Source: Clostridiales bacterium
GTDB lineage: Bacteria; Bacillota; Clostridia; Christensenellales; Aristaeellaceae
NCBI GenBank assembly: GCA_024683475.1
Contig: JAIKYG010000003.1
Location: 10,447-74,446 of the forward strand
Direction of reading: 5' to 3'
Length of the DNA: 64,000 bases
Position numbers and translations under genes: made by a program. Below are positions 1 through 8,998 of the stretch, one piece after another. How positions within the stretch are numbered: position 1 is the stretch's first letter; every line of letters starts with the position of its first letter. A model generated the notes under the pieces. That model saw nothing but the letters and a program-made list of their open reading frames with translations, was not told the DNA's origin and did no database searches.

Positions 1-1
1 G

Positions 2-766
2 GCTTCGGGTCTGAGCTTTATCGAATCCGACAGCGGCGTGCTTGCGGCGGGGAAGAAAACGGTCGAAACGGAAGAAGCTCAAACGGATGCGTTTGACACC
101 GCCGGAGATGAGCCTCTTATATTGTTCAGCAAATCCGATCCGAACGCGTACGCAATAGGCGGAGACAATATGGTCGTTTCCGCAAAAGTCAGCTTTTATA
201 CTAAAAATGTCGATGATTCGAAAGATAAACTGAAACTGATCGCATCCTCTTACGACACCATCCTCGAAGATGAAGTCTATGAAAACAAGGACGGCAAAAG
301 CACTGTTTCCGGAAAACTCAGAGTAAGAAAGGACGAAGCTCAGGAGTTTCTTGGCGCTTTAAGAGCGGAATTCGCAAAAGCTGAAATAACCGTAGAGTCC
401 CACGACTTCGATTCATCTTACGTCGATGCCAGCAGCCGCATATATGACCTTGAAGACCTGATCGCCTCGTTAAAAAACAGAGTCGATATGGCTGAACAGG
501 ATGAGATCGAACTGCTGCGCCGGCAGCTGACGGATGCCCGCAATGAACTGGAAAGCATCAAAGCCGAAGCCGACGAGTATCTGCTGGACAAGGAATACAT
601 GACTGTGACATACAGTTTCACAAATGTACGTCCGTCAGTACTTCTGGGCAGTACGGGCAGAACCGTCATATACGGTGCGGGCTTGATTCTCGTTACGATC
701 GCTCTGACCGTGCTTATAACCCTGCATATATCCGCCGCTTTCAGAAAAAGAAAACTGTTTGCATAA
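2..766 (+). CDS. DUF4349-like protein with coiled-coil and C-terminal TM helix (5' end probably outside window)
   Basis: The frame is open from nt 2, and the track ORF starts at an internal GTG at 38. It has a coiled-coil segment (DLEDLIASLKNRVDMAEQDEIELLRRQLTDARNELESIKAE) followed by a hydrophobic C-terminal helix (VIYGAGLILVTIALTVLITL). This layout resembles DUF4349. Confidence 0.5.
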   Translation, partial: ASGLSFIESDSGVLAAGKKTVETEEAQTDAFDTAGDEPLILFSKSDPNAYAIGGDNMVVSAKVSFYTKNVDDSKDKLKLIASSYDTILEDEVYENKDGKSTVSGKLRVRKDEAQEFLGALRAEFAKAEITVESHDFDSSYVDASSRIYDLEDLIASLKNRVDMAEQDEIELLRRQLTDARNELESIKAEADEYLLDKEYMTVTYSFTNVRPSVLLGSTGRTVIYGAGLILVTIALTVLITLHISAAFRKRKLFA

Positions 767-806
767 AAAAGGCCCGTATCCAACAGGATACGGGCTGTTT
801 TTTTTA
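765..806. terminator. bidirectional intrinsic terminator between convergent genes
   Basis: Hairpin GCCCGTATCC-aaca-GGATACGGGC is flanked by an A-run upstream and a T-run (8 T) downstream. Confidence 0.75.
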
Positions 807-1286
807 TTTACACAGTGAGCAGTCTCCGGGACAGGCTTTGGATGAGTGCGAACAGCTGCCTTCAAGGATTATTTTATCGCCTTCCACGTACATCTGGCAT
901 TCATCGGAATCGGATTCTTTTATGGGCTTAAAGCCATATCTGGCAAAGAACCTCATATAAGCACGGGGTACGAGCGCGTAAACGGACGCGGCGTTCAGTT
1001 CCTGGGCTTTATACAGAAGCATCCTCGTCAAAAGATCACCGATATAGCGGCGTCTCTGTTCGGGCAATACGCCAAGGTAATCTATCCGAAAATGGTTATC
1101 GCTGTCTATCCTGAGCCTGCCGGAGCCGACCGGGACATCGGATTCATCAAAAGCGAGAGCATACATGGCCATCTCGTCGAAAGCGTCTTTTCCGATGCTG
1201 AATTCCGGCGTTCTCTGACGTATGTCAAATATGGTATCGCAGGGTTGATTGCTGTTTATATATTTTCCTCTGTACATATGTGTCAC
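804..1286 (-). CDS. GNAT family N-acetyltransferase with C-terminal Cys cluster
   Basis: Acetyl-CoA binding core LGVLPEQRRRYIGDLLTRML (Q/RxxGxG/A-like) and the ARYGFKP tail motif are present. The last 17 aa are CSHSSKACPGDCSLCK. Confidence 0.7.
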   Translation of the reverse strand: MTHMYRGKYINSNQPCDTIFDIRQRTPEFSIGKDAFDEMAMYALAFDESDVPVGSGRLRIDSDNHFRIDYLGVLPEQRRRYIGDLLTRMLLYKAQELNAASVYALVPRAYMRFFARYGFKPIKESDSDECQMYVEGDKIILEGSCSHSSKACPGDCSLCK

Positions 1287-1337
1287 CTCTCATATTGAGA
1301 TTATAGTTAATACACGGTTTAGTTTCAATACGGTGGA

Positions 1338-1366
1338 TTGATTTTTAACTTGAATAATACTATAAT
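1338..1366 (+). promoter_or_regulatory. sigma-A type promoter for the DUF1292 gene
   Basis: TTGATT (1338-1343), a 17-nt spacer, then TATAAT (1361-1366). RBS AAAGGAG lies at 1374-1380. Confidence 0.55.
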
Positions 1367-1389
1367 TATCAAAAAAGGAGATTGTGATT

Positions 1390-1707
1390 ATGGAAAACGA
1401 AGAACTGGATCTTGTTGTGTTTAAGGATGATCAGGACAACGAAATAACCATGGAAGTGCTGGACTACTTTTTCTACGAGGGCGAAGAGTACGCCATGCTT
1501 ACCGAATACGATCCTGACAGCAAGTGCGCTGCCTGCGACGCCGAAGGCTGTGCGGGGTGCGATAAGGAAGGCGAAAAAGTGGACGTCACGTTCATGAAGG
1601 TCGTACCTGTGGGCGATGACGAGGAAGAATTCCTGCCTATCGACGAAAAGCTCGCCAACATCCTGCTCAATATGGTGAATACGATCGAGGACGAAGACGA
1701 CGAATAG
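1390..1707 (+). CDS. DUF1292 domain-containing protein
   Basis: Acidic small protein with the typical DUF1292 pattern (LVVFKDDQDNEITMEVLDYFFYEGEEYAMLTEYD). ATG 1390 lies 9 nt after GGAG. The GTG at 1384 used by the track is only 3 nt from the SD. Confidence 0.75.
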   Translation: MENEELDLVVFKDDQDNEITMEVLDYFFYEGEEYAMLTEYDPDSKCAACDAEGCAGCDKEGEKVDVTFMKVVPVGDDEEEFLPIDEKLANILLNMVNTIEDEDDE

Positions 1708-1714
1708 GATCACG

Positions 1715-2551
1715 CTGAAGGTACCTGCAAAGATCAACTGGTCGCTGTTTATAACCGGAAAGAAAGCTGACGGATATCATGAACTGGATATGCTCATGCA
1801 AACCGTCAGCCTTTATGATACATTGGAAATATGCAAAACTGATGTTCCGGTTTTCGTATGCGACGGCAGTGTGCAGCCCGAACCCGAAAAAAACCTTGCA
1901 TGGCGGGCATATATGGCAATATGCTCACATATCGGGATCCGGCTGAATGCCGGGATCGAACTCAAAAAGCGTATCCCTTCGGCAGCCGGGCTCGGCGGCG
2001 GGAGTTCCGATTGCGCGGGCGTGTTGATGGCACTGAATAAGCTTTACGATCTAAGGCTTTCGGTAAAAGAGCTTGAAGGTATGGCTGTCAGGCTCGGAGC
2101 CGATGTGCCTTTCTTTCTTGAAGGCGGTCTTTGCCGAGTAAGAGGCATAGGGGAATGCGTGAAAAGACTGGAGTGTTCGTTTGCTTACCCGCTGCTGATA
2201 GTCCACTGCGGAAGCGGGCTGTCTACTCCGGAAGTATATAGGAAATTTGATGCCATGTCAGACGGACGCAACGATGTGTCGGTTTTGAGCATGGAAGTGA
2301 TATATAATTCTTTGTCTTCAGGCGCCGCAGGCAGACTTAAGAAACTTGAATTGAACCAGCTTGAAGCGCCTGCGGTGAACATGATGCCCGAGATCGATTC
2401 AGTAAAACGCAAAATGTATGGCAGCGGCGCCGTGTTTTCTCAGATGAGCGGCAGCGGCAGCGCCGTATACGGAGTGTTCGAGACAAAAGAAGCGGCCAAA
2501 AAGGCCGCCATAGAGTTTTTCGATCCGTATATATGCGAAACGGTATCATAG
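1715..2551 (+). CDS. ispE: 4-diphosphocytidyl-2-C-methyl-D-erythritol kinase
   Basis: GHMP kinase motif PSAAGLGGGSSDCAG is present. The conserved IspE N-terminus (KVPAKINWSLFITGKKADGYHEL) lies upstream of the first ATG (1790) in the same open frame. The only plausible starts are CTG 1715 (AGGA 5 nt upstream), ATC 1709 or ATA 1679. Confidence 0.8.
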   Translation: MKVPAKINWSLFITGKKADGYHELDMLMQTVSLYDTLEICKTDVPVFVCDGSVQPEPEKNLAWRAYMAICSHIGIRLNAGIELKKRIPSAAGLGGGSSDCAGVLMALNKLYDLRLSVKELEGMAVRLGADVPFFLEGGLCRVRGIGECVKRLECSFAYPLLIVHCGSGLSTPEVYRKFDAMSDGRNDVSVLSMEVIYNSLSSGAAGRLKKLELNQLEAPAVNMMPEIDSVKRKMYGSGAVFSQMSGSGSAVYGVFETKEAAKKAAIEFFDPYICETVS

Positions 2552-3361
2552 TCTGAATTCATTCTCTTGCGTCGTTTTGTGACATATTTCTTTTAGCGTT
2601 TTTATAAGTCCTTCATCCGCGCGTGTATTTGGCAATTCTTTCATCAGTTTATTTCCAGTTGCTGTGTCACGTCCCGCATACTCGTGATCGCAGGGAATAA
2701 ATGTGTTATTCCTTATATCCGATCCAGTCAATGTCTCGAACCAGACCGCGGCGCCAAGATATCGTCCGTAGTCATAAGACAGATGGAATCCGTCCCTGGT
2801 CAGCGCGAGCCCGCCCTGCTCGGGATCGAAAGCTTTCAAAGCGCGCGCTGTTTCGACAGCCTTGCCTGTGGGTATGATCGGCAAATTGAGCTTTTTTGCT
2901 GCACCTTCGTATGCCTCTGTCAAGGCAGCATACATTTTCGGCCGGGAAGAGTCATAATTGACAAAAGCGTGATGCGTGGAGTTGTATTCGTACGCCCAGG
3001 TTTCATTTATGATAAGCTTAGCCTTCGGACAGAGTAAAGCGATATGATCTGCAAGCTCGGCGATATATGGGAAATACGTATCCGCCTGTCCGCTGAAATG
3101 ACTGGCCTGCTGAAGCGTGATAAAATCCCAATCGGCATCCTTTAACGCTGTGGATATCCTGCACCTGCCCATTGATAAATTGTTTACTTGGTAATCATAC
3201 GCGGCCTCATTGGAGACCATATTGTTATAGTGAGTCTCCAAAGAGCAGCCGCCAATATACATGTTTCCCGCGTAAAGCTCAATTCCAGCGTTTTTGAACA
3301 GATCAGGCAGATAACGTTGACAATCTACAGAAAAGCTGTTTCCGATCGAAAGAATATTCAT
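2546..3361 (-). CDS. DUF4886 / SGNH-hydrolase-like protein
   Basis: N-terminus MNILSIGNSFSVDCQRYLPDLFKNAGIELYAGNMYIGGCSLETHYNN matches the DUF4886 pattern. I chose the internal ATG at 3361, which removes a low-complexity extension and the overlap with the next gene. Confidence 0.65.
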   Translation of the reverse strand: MNILSIGNSFSVDCQRYLPDLFKNAGIELYAGNMYIGGCSLETHYNNMVSNEAAYDYQVNNLSMGRCRISTALKDADWDFITLQQASHFSGQADTYFPYIAELADHIALLCPKAKLIINETWAYEYNSTHHAFVNYDSSRPKMYAALTEAYEGAAKKLNLPIIPTGKAVETARALKAFDPEQGGLALTRDGFHLSYDYGRYLGAAVWFETLTGSDIRNNTFIPCDHEYAGRDTATGNKLMKELPNTRADEGLIKTLKEICHKTTQENEFRL

Positions 3362-3489
3362 ATCCGTCTCCCCAAATTGTAAATATGACATCGATATTTT
3401 ATCAAATGGGAATATTCTTGTAAAGCTATTATAACAGCATTTTGGGGACATGTTATGATATAATTTCAGTGTATATGAAGGGGGAGTGG

Positions 3490-4194
3490 ATGATGAAGAG
3501 GTTTTTAAGTATATTGCTGATCGTGTTGCTGTTGATCGCAACATTTACGTTTGCCGACGCGGAGAACGTCAAGCTTGCCTATAAGGGAGGTTCCATCAAA
3601 CTTCGCACCGGTCCCGGCAAGGGTTACGGCTATACCCAGTATCTCAAGGACGGCGCCTACATCACCGTGCTTCAGAAGGGCAGCACCTGGTCCAAGGTCA
3701 AGACTACCGGCGGAAAAACGGGCTATATCAAGAGCCTGTATATTTCCGGTATCGGCAATATGTATGCTGACGGTACCACTTACTGGAAATCGTTTAAGAT
3801 GGGATATACTACGGGTTCCGTTCATCTCAGAGCCGGCGCCAGCACTTCAGCCGATACGATCGCTTATCTATCCAAAGGCACGAAAGTCAAGGGCTTGGGC
3901 AAGAACGGATCGTTCTATCTGGTCGAGCTCGCTGACGGCACTCAGGGCTTTGTGAGCGGCAAGTACATAGGCCAATCGTCCTCGGGCGGCAGCACTGCTC
4001 CGAAGACTTACGCTAAGGTTACCGGTACCTGGGTCTATATGAGAAAAGGTCCGTCGGTGGATTATGCTGACATCATGCTCATCAAGATGGGTTCGAAGGT
4101 CACCGTCGTAAGCACCGCGAACTCCAAGTGGTGGAAGATCTCCTATAAAGGAAAGACCGGTTATATGTGGAGCAAGTATCTCAAGCTCGTCTAA
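3490..4194 (+). CDS. secreted protein with tandem bacterial SH3 (SH3b) domains
   Basis: Signal peptide MMKRFLSILLIVLLLIATFTFADA. There are three repeats of the pattern G..LR.GP.......L.KG..V.V......W.KV...GKTGY. RBS GAAGGGGGAG lies upstream of 3490. Confidence 0.75.
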   Translation: MMKRFLSILLIVLLLIATFTFADAENVKLAYKGGSIKLRTGPGKGYGYTQYLKDGAYITVLQKGSTWSKVKTTGGKTGYIKSLYISGIGNMYADGTTYWKSFKMGYTTGSVHLRAGASTSADTIAYLSKGTKVKGLGKNGSFYLVELADGTQGFVSGKYIGQSSSGGSTAPKTYAKVTGTWVYMRKGPSVDYADIMLIKMGSKVTVVSTANSKWWKISYKGKTGYMWSKYLKLV

Positions 4195-4202
4195 AACCAC
4201 AG

Positions 4203-4232
4203 AAAAAGACCGTCCGAAAGGACGGCCTTTTT
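4203..4232. terminator. bidirectional intrinsic terminator
   Basis: AAAAA-GACCGTCC-gaaa-GGACGGCC-TTTTT lies between convergent genes. Confidence 0.8.
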
Positions 4233-4239
4233 ATTATAA

Positions 4240-5517
4240 CTAAAACTTTAGTCCGCTTATGTCAAGCGTCGCGAAGTAGTCATGCTTTGTTTCGGCCCTT
4301 CTTACGAGCTTAAAGCTGCCGTCGCTGCACATGAGGACTTCAGCGGTCCTGAGACGGCCGTTATAATTGTATCCCATGGCGCGTCCGTGCGCTCCGGTAT
4401 CATGGATCAAAAGATAATCGCCGACCTGCACCTCGGGCAGCGGCCTATCTATGGCGAATTTGTCGTTGTTTTCGCAAAGAGAGCCGACCACATCATATAC
4501 TTTCTCGGGTTTTTCGTTCTCTTTACCCGCAACTGTGATATGATGGTAGGCGCCATACATAGCCGGGCGCATAAGATCCGCCGCGCAGGCGTTCACGCCG
4601 ATATAGTGCCTGTATGTATCCTTAAGGTGTATAGCTTTCGTCAAAAGGCAGCCGGCGGAACCGGTCATGTATCTGCCGAGTTCACAGCAGATCTTGACGT
4701 TGCCCAAACCTGCGGGGATCAGCAATTCTTCAAAATGCTTTTTTATTTCATTGCCAATCAGGGGCAGGTTCGCGGGTTTGTCCTCGGGGTGATAAGGGAT
4801 ACCTATTCCTCCGGAAAGATTCAGCATGAATATCTCGCAGCCGTGTTTTTCCCTGATATCTATCGCAAGCTCCATGAGCGTTTTGGCAAGACCGGGATAA
4901 TAGCTGTCATCAGTGGTATTGCTGACCAAAAACGCATGGAGACCAAACTGTTTTACGCCAAGTTTCATGCAGCGCCGGACAGACTCATGGATCTGAGGCA
5001 ATGTCATGCCGAATTTGGAATCCTCCGGACTGCTCATGATCACGTTTCCGTTAGATATCTCGCCGCCGGGATTGAACCTTAAGCAGATCTTTTCCGGGAT
5101 GCCGCATTCCGCTTCGATATAGTCGATCATTCCGATGTCGTCCAGATTGATGATGGCTCCCAGCTGTTTCGCCAACGTGTATTCTCCCGGCAGCGTCTGG
5201 TTGGAGGAAAACATGATCTGTTCGCCTTTGAAACCCATGGCTTTTGCCAGCAAGAGCTCGCACTCCGAAGCGCAGTCTACGCCGCAATCCATGTTCTGCA
5301 TAATGCTGATAATGCCGGGCGTGGGGCAGGCTTTGACCGCGTAATACTCCGTAAACCCCTTATTCCAACTGAACGCAGCTTTTATTTCCGCAGTCCGGGC
5401 GGTTATTTCATCCTGAGAATACACATGGACGGGAGTAGGCGTTATGCGCTCGATCTCCTGGATTTGGGACAAAGTCAGATTGAACATGGTTATCTGATCC
5501 TTTGATGAATTTTTCAT
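4240..5517 (-). CDS. lysA: type III PLP-dependent decarboxylase, diaminopimelate decarboxylase family
   Basis: PLP-lysine context YAVKACP, the ELGRYMTGSAG motif and the GSLCENNDKF motif match the Orn/DAP/Arg decarboxylase fold. The exact substrate cannot be proven from sequence alone. Confidence 0.65.
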   Translation of the reverse strand: MKNSSKDQITMFNLTLSQIQEIERITPTPVHVYSQDEITARTAEIKAAFSWNKGFTEYYAVKACPTPGIISIMQNMDCGVDCASECELLLAKAMGFKGEQIMFSSNQTLPGEYTLAKQLGAIINLDDIGMIDYIEAECGIPEKICLRFNPGGEISNGNVIMSSPEDSKFGMTLPQIHESVRRCMKLGVKQFGLHAFLVSNTTDDSYYPGLAKTLMELAIDIREKHGCEIFMLNLSGGIGIPYHPEDKPANLPLIGNEIKKHFEELLIPAGLGNVKICCELGRYMTGSAGCLLTKAIHLKDTYRHYIGVNACAADLMRPAMYGAYHHITVAGKENEKPEKVYDVVGSLCENNDKFAIDRPLPEVQVGDYLLIHDTGAHGRAMGYNYNGRLRTAEVLMCSDGSFKLVRRAETKHDYFATLDISGLKF

Positions 5518-5624
5518 AATTATACACCATTTTTGCATTTAGTCAATTATTATGCAGAAAGAGTTAACGAAAATGTGGATGAAATATAAGCCGGAATGTG
5601 TAATAATAATCATGAGGTGATATT

Positions 5625-6548
5625 ATGTTTATAGCAGATTCTCATTGCGACACGCTGTCCGGACTCAGGCACGGCAGAGAGCTGAACAAAATGATGATAA
5701 ACCGGGAAAAGATGCAGGCAGGCGGCCTCTGCATGCAGACATTTGCACTGTTTACCGGTTCAAAAGGCACAGCCGGCACGCCTTATCAGGATGGTATCGA
5801 TATGCTGGGCAAAAGAGAGACGCTCGGTGTTCCAATCTTTAATGCAAAACTGCCGGATCTGCCTCCCGAGTATCCCTGCGGTGTGATCTCGATTGAGGGC
5901 GGTGAAGCGCTGGAAGGCAAGATCGAAAGGCTTTACGAATTCTACAAGCTTTCCGGCATCAGAATGATAGCTCTCACCTGGAATTTCGACAATGAGATCG
6001 GAACTCCCGCGAAGCTCGGAGTCAAACCAGGATTGAAACCGTTCGGTCTACAGCTGCTTACGGAGATGGATAAACTCAAGATATACGCGGACGTTTCCCA
6101 TCTGAATGAAGCCGGATTCTGGGATATTTTCGACAATATGGAGCTGCCGCCCATTGCCAGCCATTCCAACAATAAGGAACTGTGCGATGTGCCCAGAAAC
6201 CTGAACAGAAAGCAGATAAAGGCGATAATCGACAGAAAAGGCTATATAGGAATCAATTTCTATACGGCATTCCTGACGGAAAAAGGCATCTCAACTCTCG
6301 AAGACGTTTACAGGCATATCGATTCCATAATGGAAATGGGCGGGGAAGATGTGCTCGGTTTCGGCTCTGATTTTGACGGGATAGACGCATGGCCGGAAGG
6401 ACTGGGCGACGCTTCCTGTTATCCGAAACTGATCGAATGCCTGCTTAGTCACGGATACAGCGAACTAACGGTTCAGAAAATCGCGGGGCTCAATTTGTGG
6501 AACCTGCTGAAGAAGGCTGACGATTTAAGACAGTATAATGAAGCTTAA
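5625..6548 (+). CDS. membrane dipeptidase (peptidase M19 family)
   Basis: N-terminal DSHCDT metal motif and the FGSDFDGI motif; about 300 aa. Confidence 0.8.
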   Translation: MFIADSHCDTLSGLRHGRELNKMMINREKMQAGGLCMQTFALFTGSKGTAGTPYQDGIDMLGKRETLGVPIFNAKLPDLPPEYPCGVISIEGGEALEGKIERLYEFYKLSGIRMIALTWNFDNEIGTPAKLGVKPGLKPFGLQLLTEMDKLKIYADVSHLNEAGFWDIFDNMELPPIASHSNNKELCDVPRNLNRKQIKAIIDRKGYIGINFYTAFLTEKGISTLEDVYRHIDSIMEMGGEDVLGFGSDFDGIDAWPEGLGDASCYPKLIECLLSHGYSELTVQKIAGLNLWNLLKKADDLRQYNEA

Positions 6549-7347
6549 ATTCGTTTGCGCCGTACTGACAGTATGCCTTTTTGCCGGAGCGATGTTTATC
6601 GACGGGAACTCACAAACGCATGATACACACGAAAACAAAACGTATACCGTGCTCGCGTCGTGTTTTCCCGTATATGCTTTGACCGAAGCCGTTATCGGCG
6701 ATGTGCCCGGGCTGTCGGTACAAATGCTGACGCTGCCCCGGCAGGAAGGCTATTCTGAGTACGAACTCTCCGACTGGGAAAACGCTTACGCCGGGTCTGC
6801 GGATATATTTGTTTGCCTCGGCAACGGATTTGAAAGCTTTGACAGATCGATCCTTAATGAAGATTGCATAATAATCACATTGCTGGCAGATGAAGAACTG
6901 CTGAAAACGGAGCCGCTGATAAGCAGTAATCATCCTCAGGATGCCACGTTTCCGTATATAAACTATATATATCTCTCTGTCGATGGAAGCCGGAAGCTGC
7001 TGTCAAAGCTTTCCGAGGCGTTCATAAGCGTGGATCCTCAGTATGAAGAAATATACGAAGTCAACACGAAACGCGCTGCAGAACGGATCGAAAGAATTGA
7101 ATACCGGGCGATACCGTTTAGTCACAAGATCGCCATAGAACCGGCATTTGCCTATATGATAAACGAAGCGGGAATAAGCGCGGAATCTGTGTTGTTTGCG
7201 GATGAAGAAATGACGCTGCCTGATGATACCGTCGATATGCGCGGGAAGCTTAACGCCATGCTGGATATGGACAGCTCTTTTACATTTGAAAACTACGTGA
7301 ATGCCTTTCGCGAAAACTATAGTTTACTCTACGAGGCTGTTAAATGA
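6538..7347 (+). CDS. ZnuA/TroA-fold solute-binding-like secreted protein (orphan, degenerate metal site)
   Basis: It has a signal peptide. VLASCFPVYALTEAVIGD...ADIFVCLGNGFESF resembles cluster-A SBPs. The usual (D/E)PHxYEP segment reads EGYSEYELS. It overlaps the upstream gene by 11 nt and the downstream gene by 4 nt. Confidence 0.4.
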   Translation: MKLKFVCAVLTVCLFAGAMFIDGNSQTHDTHENKTYTVLASCFPVYALTEAVIGDVPGLSVQMLTLPRQEGYSEYELSDWENAYAGSADIFVCLGNGFESFDRSILNEDCIIITLLADEELLKTEPLISSNHPQDATFPYINYIYLSVDGSRKLLSKLSEAFISVDPQYEEIYEVNTKRAAERIERIEYRAIPFSHKIAIEPAFAYMINEAGISAESVLFADEEMTLPDDTVDMRGKLNAMLDMDSSFTFENYVNAFRENYSLLYEAVK

Positions 7348-7787
7348 AAAAAGTCGTGATATACACTGACGGAGCCTGCTCGGGAAATCCGGGTCCCGGC
7401 GGCTGGGGAGCGGTGCTCATATACGGCAAGACCCGCAAGGAGATAGGCGGCGGTGAAGCTGAGACCACAAATAACCGCATGGAACTTACAGCGGCTATAA
7501 AGGCGCTGGAATGCCTTAAACAGCCTTGTCAGGTCGAACTGTATTCAGACAGCAGTTATCTTGTGGACTCCCACATAAAGGGCTGGATTTTGTCTTGGGA
7601 AAAAGAAAACTGGACACGCAAAAAAGGCAAAGAACAGGTGCCCAACAGCGACCTGTGGCAGCGCCTGCGTGAACTTGAATCCATCCACGATGTATCATGG
7701 CTGAAAGTCAGCGGTCACGCGGGAGTTGAGGAAAACGAAAACTGCGACAGGATCGCTACGTCATGGGCTAAACAGTTTAAAGAATAA
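7344..7787 (+). CDS. rnhA: ribonuclease HI
   Basis: IYTDGACSGNPGPGGWGAVL, TTNNRMELTA and SDSSYLV motifs are present. Confidence 0.9.
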   Translation: MKKVVIYTDGACSGNPGPGGWGAVLIYGKTRKEIGGGEAETTNNRMELTAAIKALECLKQPCQVELYSDSSYLVDSHIKGWILSWEKENWTRKKGKEQVPNSDLWQRLRELESIHDVSWLKVSGHAGVEENENCDRIATSWAKQFKE

Positions 7788-8876
7788 TCATTCCTGCGTT
7801 TCTTTGTTCTCGGGTTCGTCAGCAGCTCCCAATCGCACTTTTGTCGCCGCGTAACGCCGTCTGTTTTCGTTCATTGCCGCGTAGTGCCTGCGTGTCGTAT
7901 TGATATCCGAATGACCAAGCACATCAGCCACAAGGTAGATATCACCTGTTTCGTTGTAAAGGTTGGTACCGAATGTGGAACGGAGTTTATGGGGGCTGAT
8001 GCGTTTTTTGAGCGGCGCGGCGACCTGTGCGTATTTTTTTACCATGTTTTCGATGGAACGTATGCTCATGCGCTTTTTCTGCAGTGAAATATACAGCGCG
8101 TGTTCGTTTTCGTCTATGCTTTCATCGTGTATCCTCAAGTCGATATAGCGTTTAACGGCTTCTAATATCTCATCAGGCAGATAGAGGATGACCTGATTGC
8201 CGCCTTTTCGCGTGACAAGAAAACTGGAATCTTCAAGGTTGATATCTTCGACATTCAATCCCTGAAGTTCGCTTACGCGGATACCTGTGCCGAGAAACAT
8301 TGAAATAATAGCCGTATCCCTGACGGCGGTTATCTCATGGAACGCTTTCTGGCGTTTTGTGAGTCCGTCCCCATTTTCAACAGAATTTAACATTCTGTTA
8401 ACTTCATCGATATCAAGCCTGAGGATGGGTTTTTCGTGGCGCTTGGGCGGGTCTATCAAGGAAGTGACGTCTGAACTGATCTTGCCTTGGCGATACATCC
8501 ATTTGAAAAAAGAACGTATCGAATAAAACTTTCTTTGCTTGCCGAGTTCCTGGTTTGAGACCATAACGTCATTGTCATTAAAGTAAAGACCCAGGAAGTC
8601 CATGAACATGGAAATATCTCTGGCTGTGATCGCCTGAAAATCTGCGCTCGTCCAGGCGATAAGTTCCTTGCCGGAAAATCTAGGATTTTCTTTCTGAAGA
8701 TAAGTAAGGAAAAGCCTGAGATCGTGAGCGTATGCGTAGCGCGTCAAAGGCTGCGTGGAATCTCCAAGCGCAAGTATATAGTCATAAACATCATTCGGAA
8801 GTTCGGAGACGATCTTTCTGGTCACTTCGGTGATATGATATCTTTTAGTCTGTGCAAACGGCTGATTCTGCGTCAT
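7788..8876 (-). CDS. tyrosine-type site-specific recombinase (XerC/XerD-like)
   Basis: Catalytic signature HKLRSTF ... LGHSDINTTRRHY is present. The start is chosen at ATG 8876, behind GCAGGAGA. Confidence 0.8.
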   Translation of the reverse strand: MTQNQPFAQTKRYHITEVTRKIVSELPNDVYDYILALGDSTQPLTRYAYAHDLRLFLTYLQKENPRFSGKELIAWTSADFQAITARDISMFMDFLGLYFNDNDVMVSNQELGKQRKFYSIRSFFKWMYRQGKISSDVTSLIDPPKRHEKPILRLDIDEVNRMLNSVENGDGLTKRQKAFHEITAVRDTAIISMFLGTGIRVSELQGLNVEDINLEDSSFLVTRKGGNQVILYLPDEILEAVKRYIDLRIHDESIDENEHALYISLQKKRMSIRSIENMVKKYAQVAAPLKKRISPHKLRSTFGTNLYNETGDIYLVADVLGHSDINTTRRHYAAMNENRRRYAATKVRLGAADEPENKETQE

Positions 8877-8959
8877 AGCGGTCTCCTGCTCTGTATTTAT
8901 TCGTAAAAGCTGACTTTTGCGCATAAATAAGTATACCGCCCTATTGGGCGGTTGTCAAG

Positions 8960-8991
8960 AAAAAACCCGCAGGAATTGCTTCCCGCGGGTT
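8960..8991 (-). terminator. intrinsic terminator after asd
   Basis: On the minus strand, ACCCGCGGGAAGCAATTCCTGCGGGT is followed by a T-run. Confidence 0.7.
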
Positions 8992-8998
8992 TGAACGC

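Noticed and set aside
1384-2551. DUF1292 and ispE as one frameshifted or fused gene
   Set aside because: DUF1292 ends with a normal acidic C-terminus and TAG at 1705-1707. The IspE homology begins only at about 1709 in another frame. A non-canonical start explains the data more simply than a frameshift.
7788-8876. Tyrosine recombinase as marker of an integrated mobile element
   Set aside because: There are no flanking direct or inverted repeats, no adjacent tRNA, no phage, conjugation or cargo genes, and no compositional break. The neighbours are rnhA (stop codons abut at 7787/7788) and asd. It is more likely a chromosomal Xer-like recombinase.
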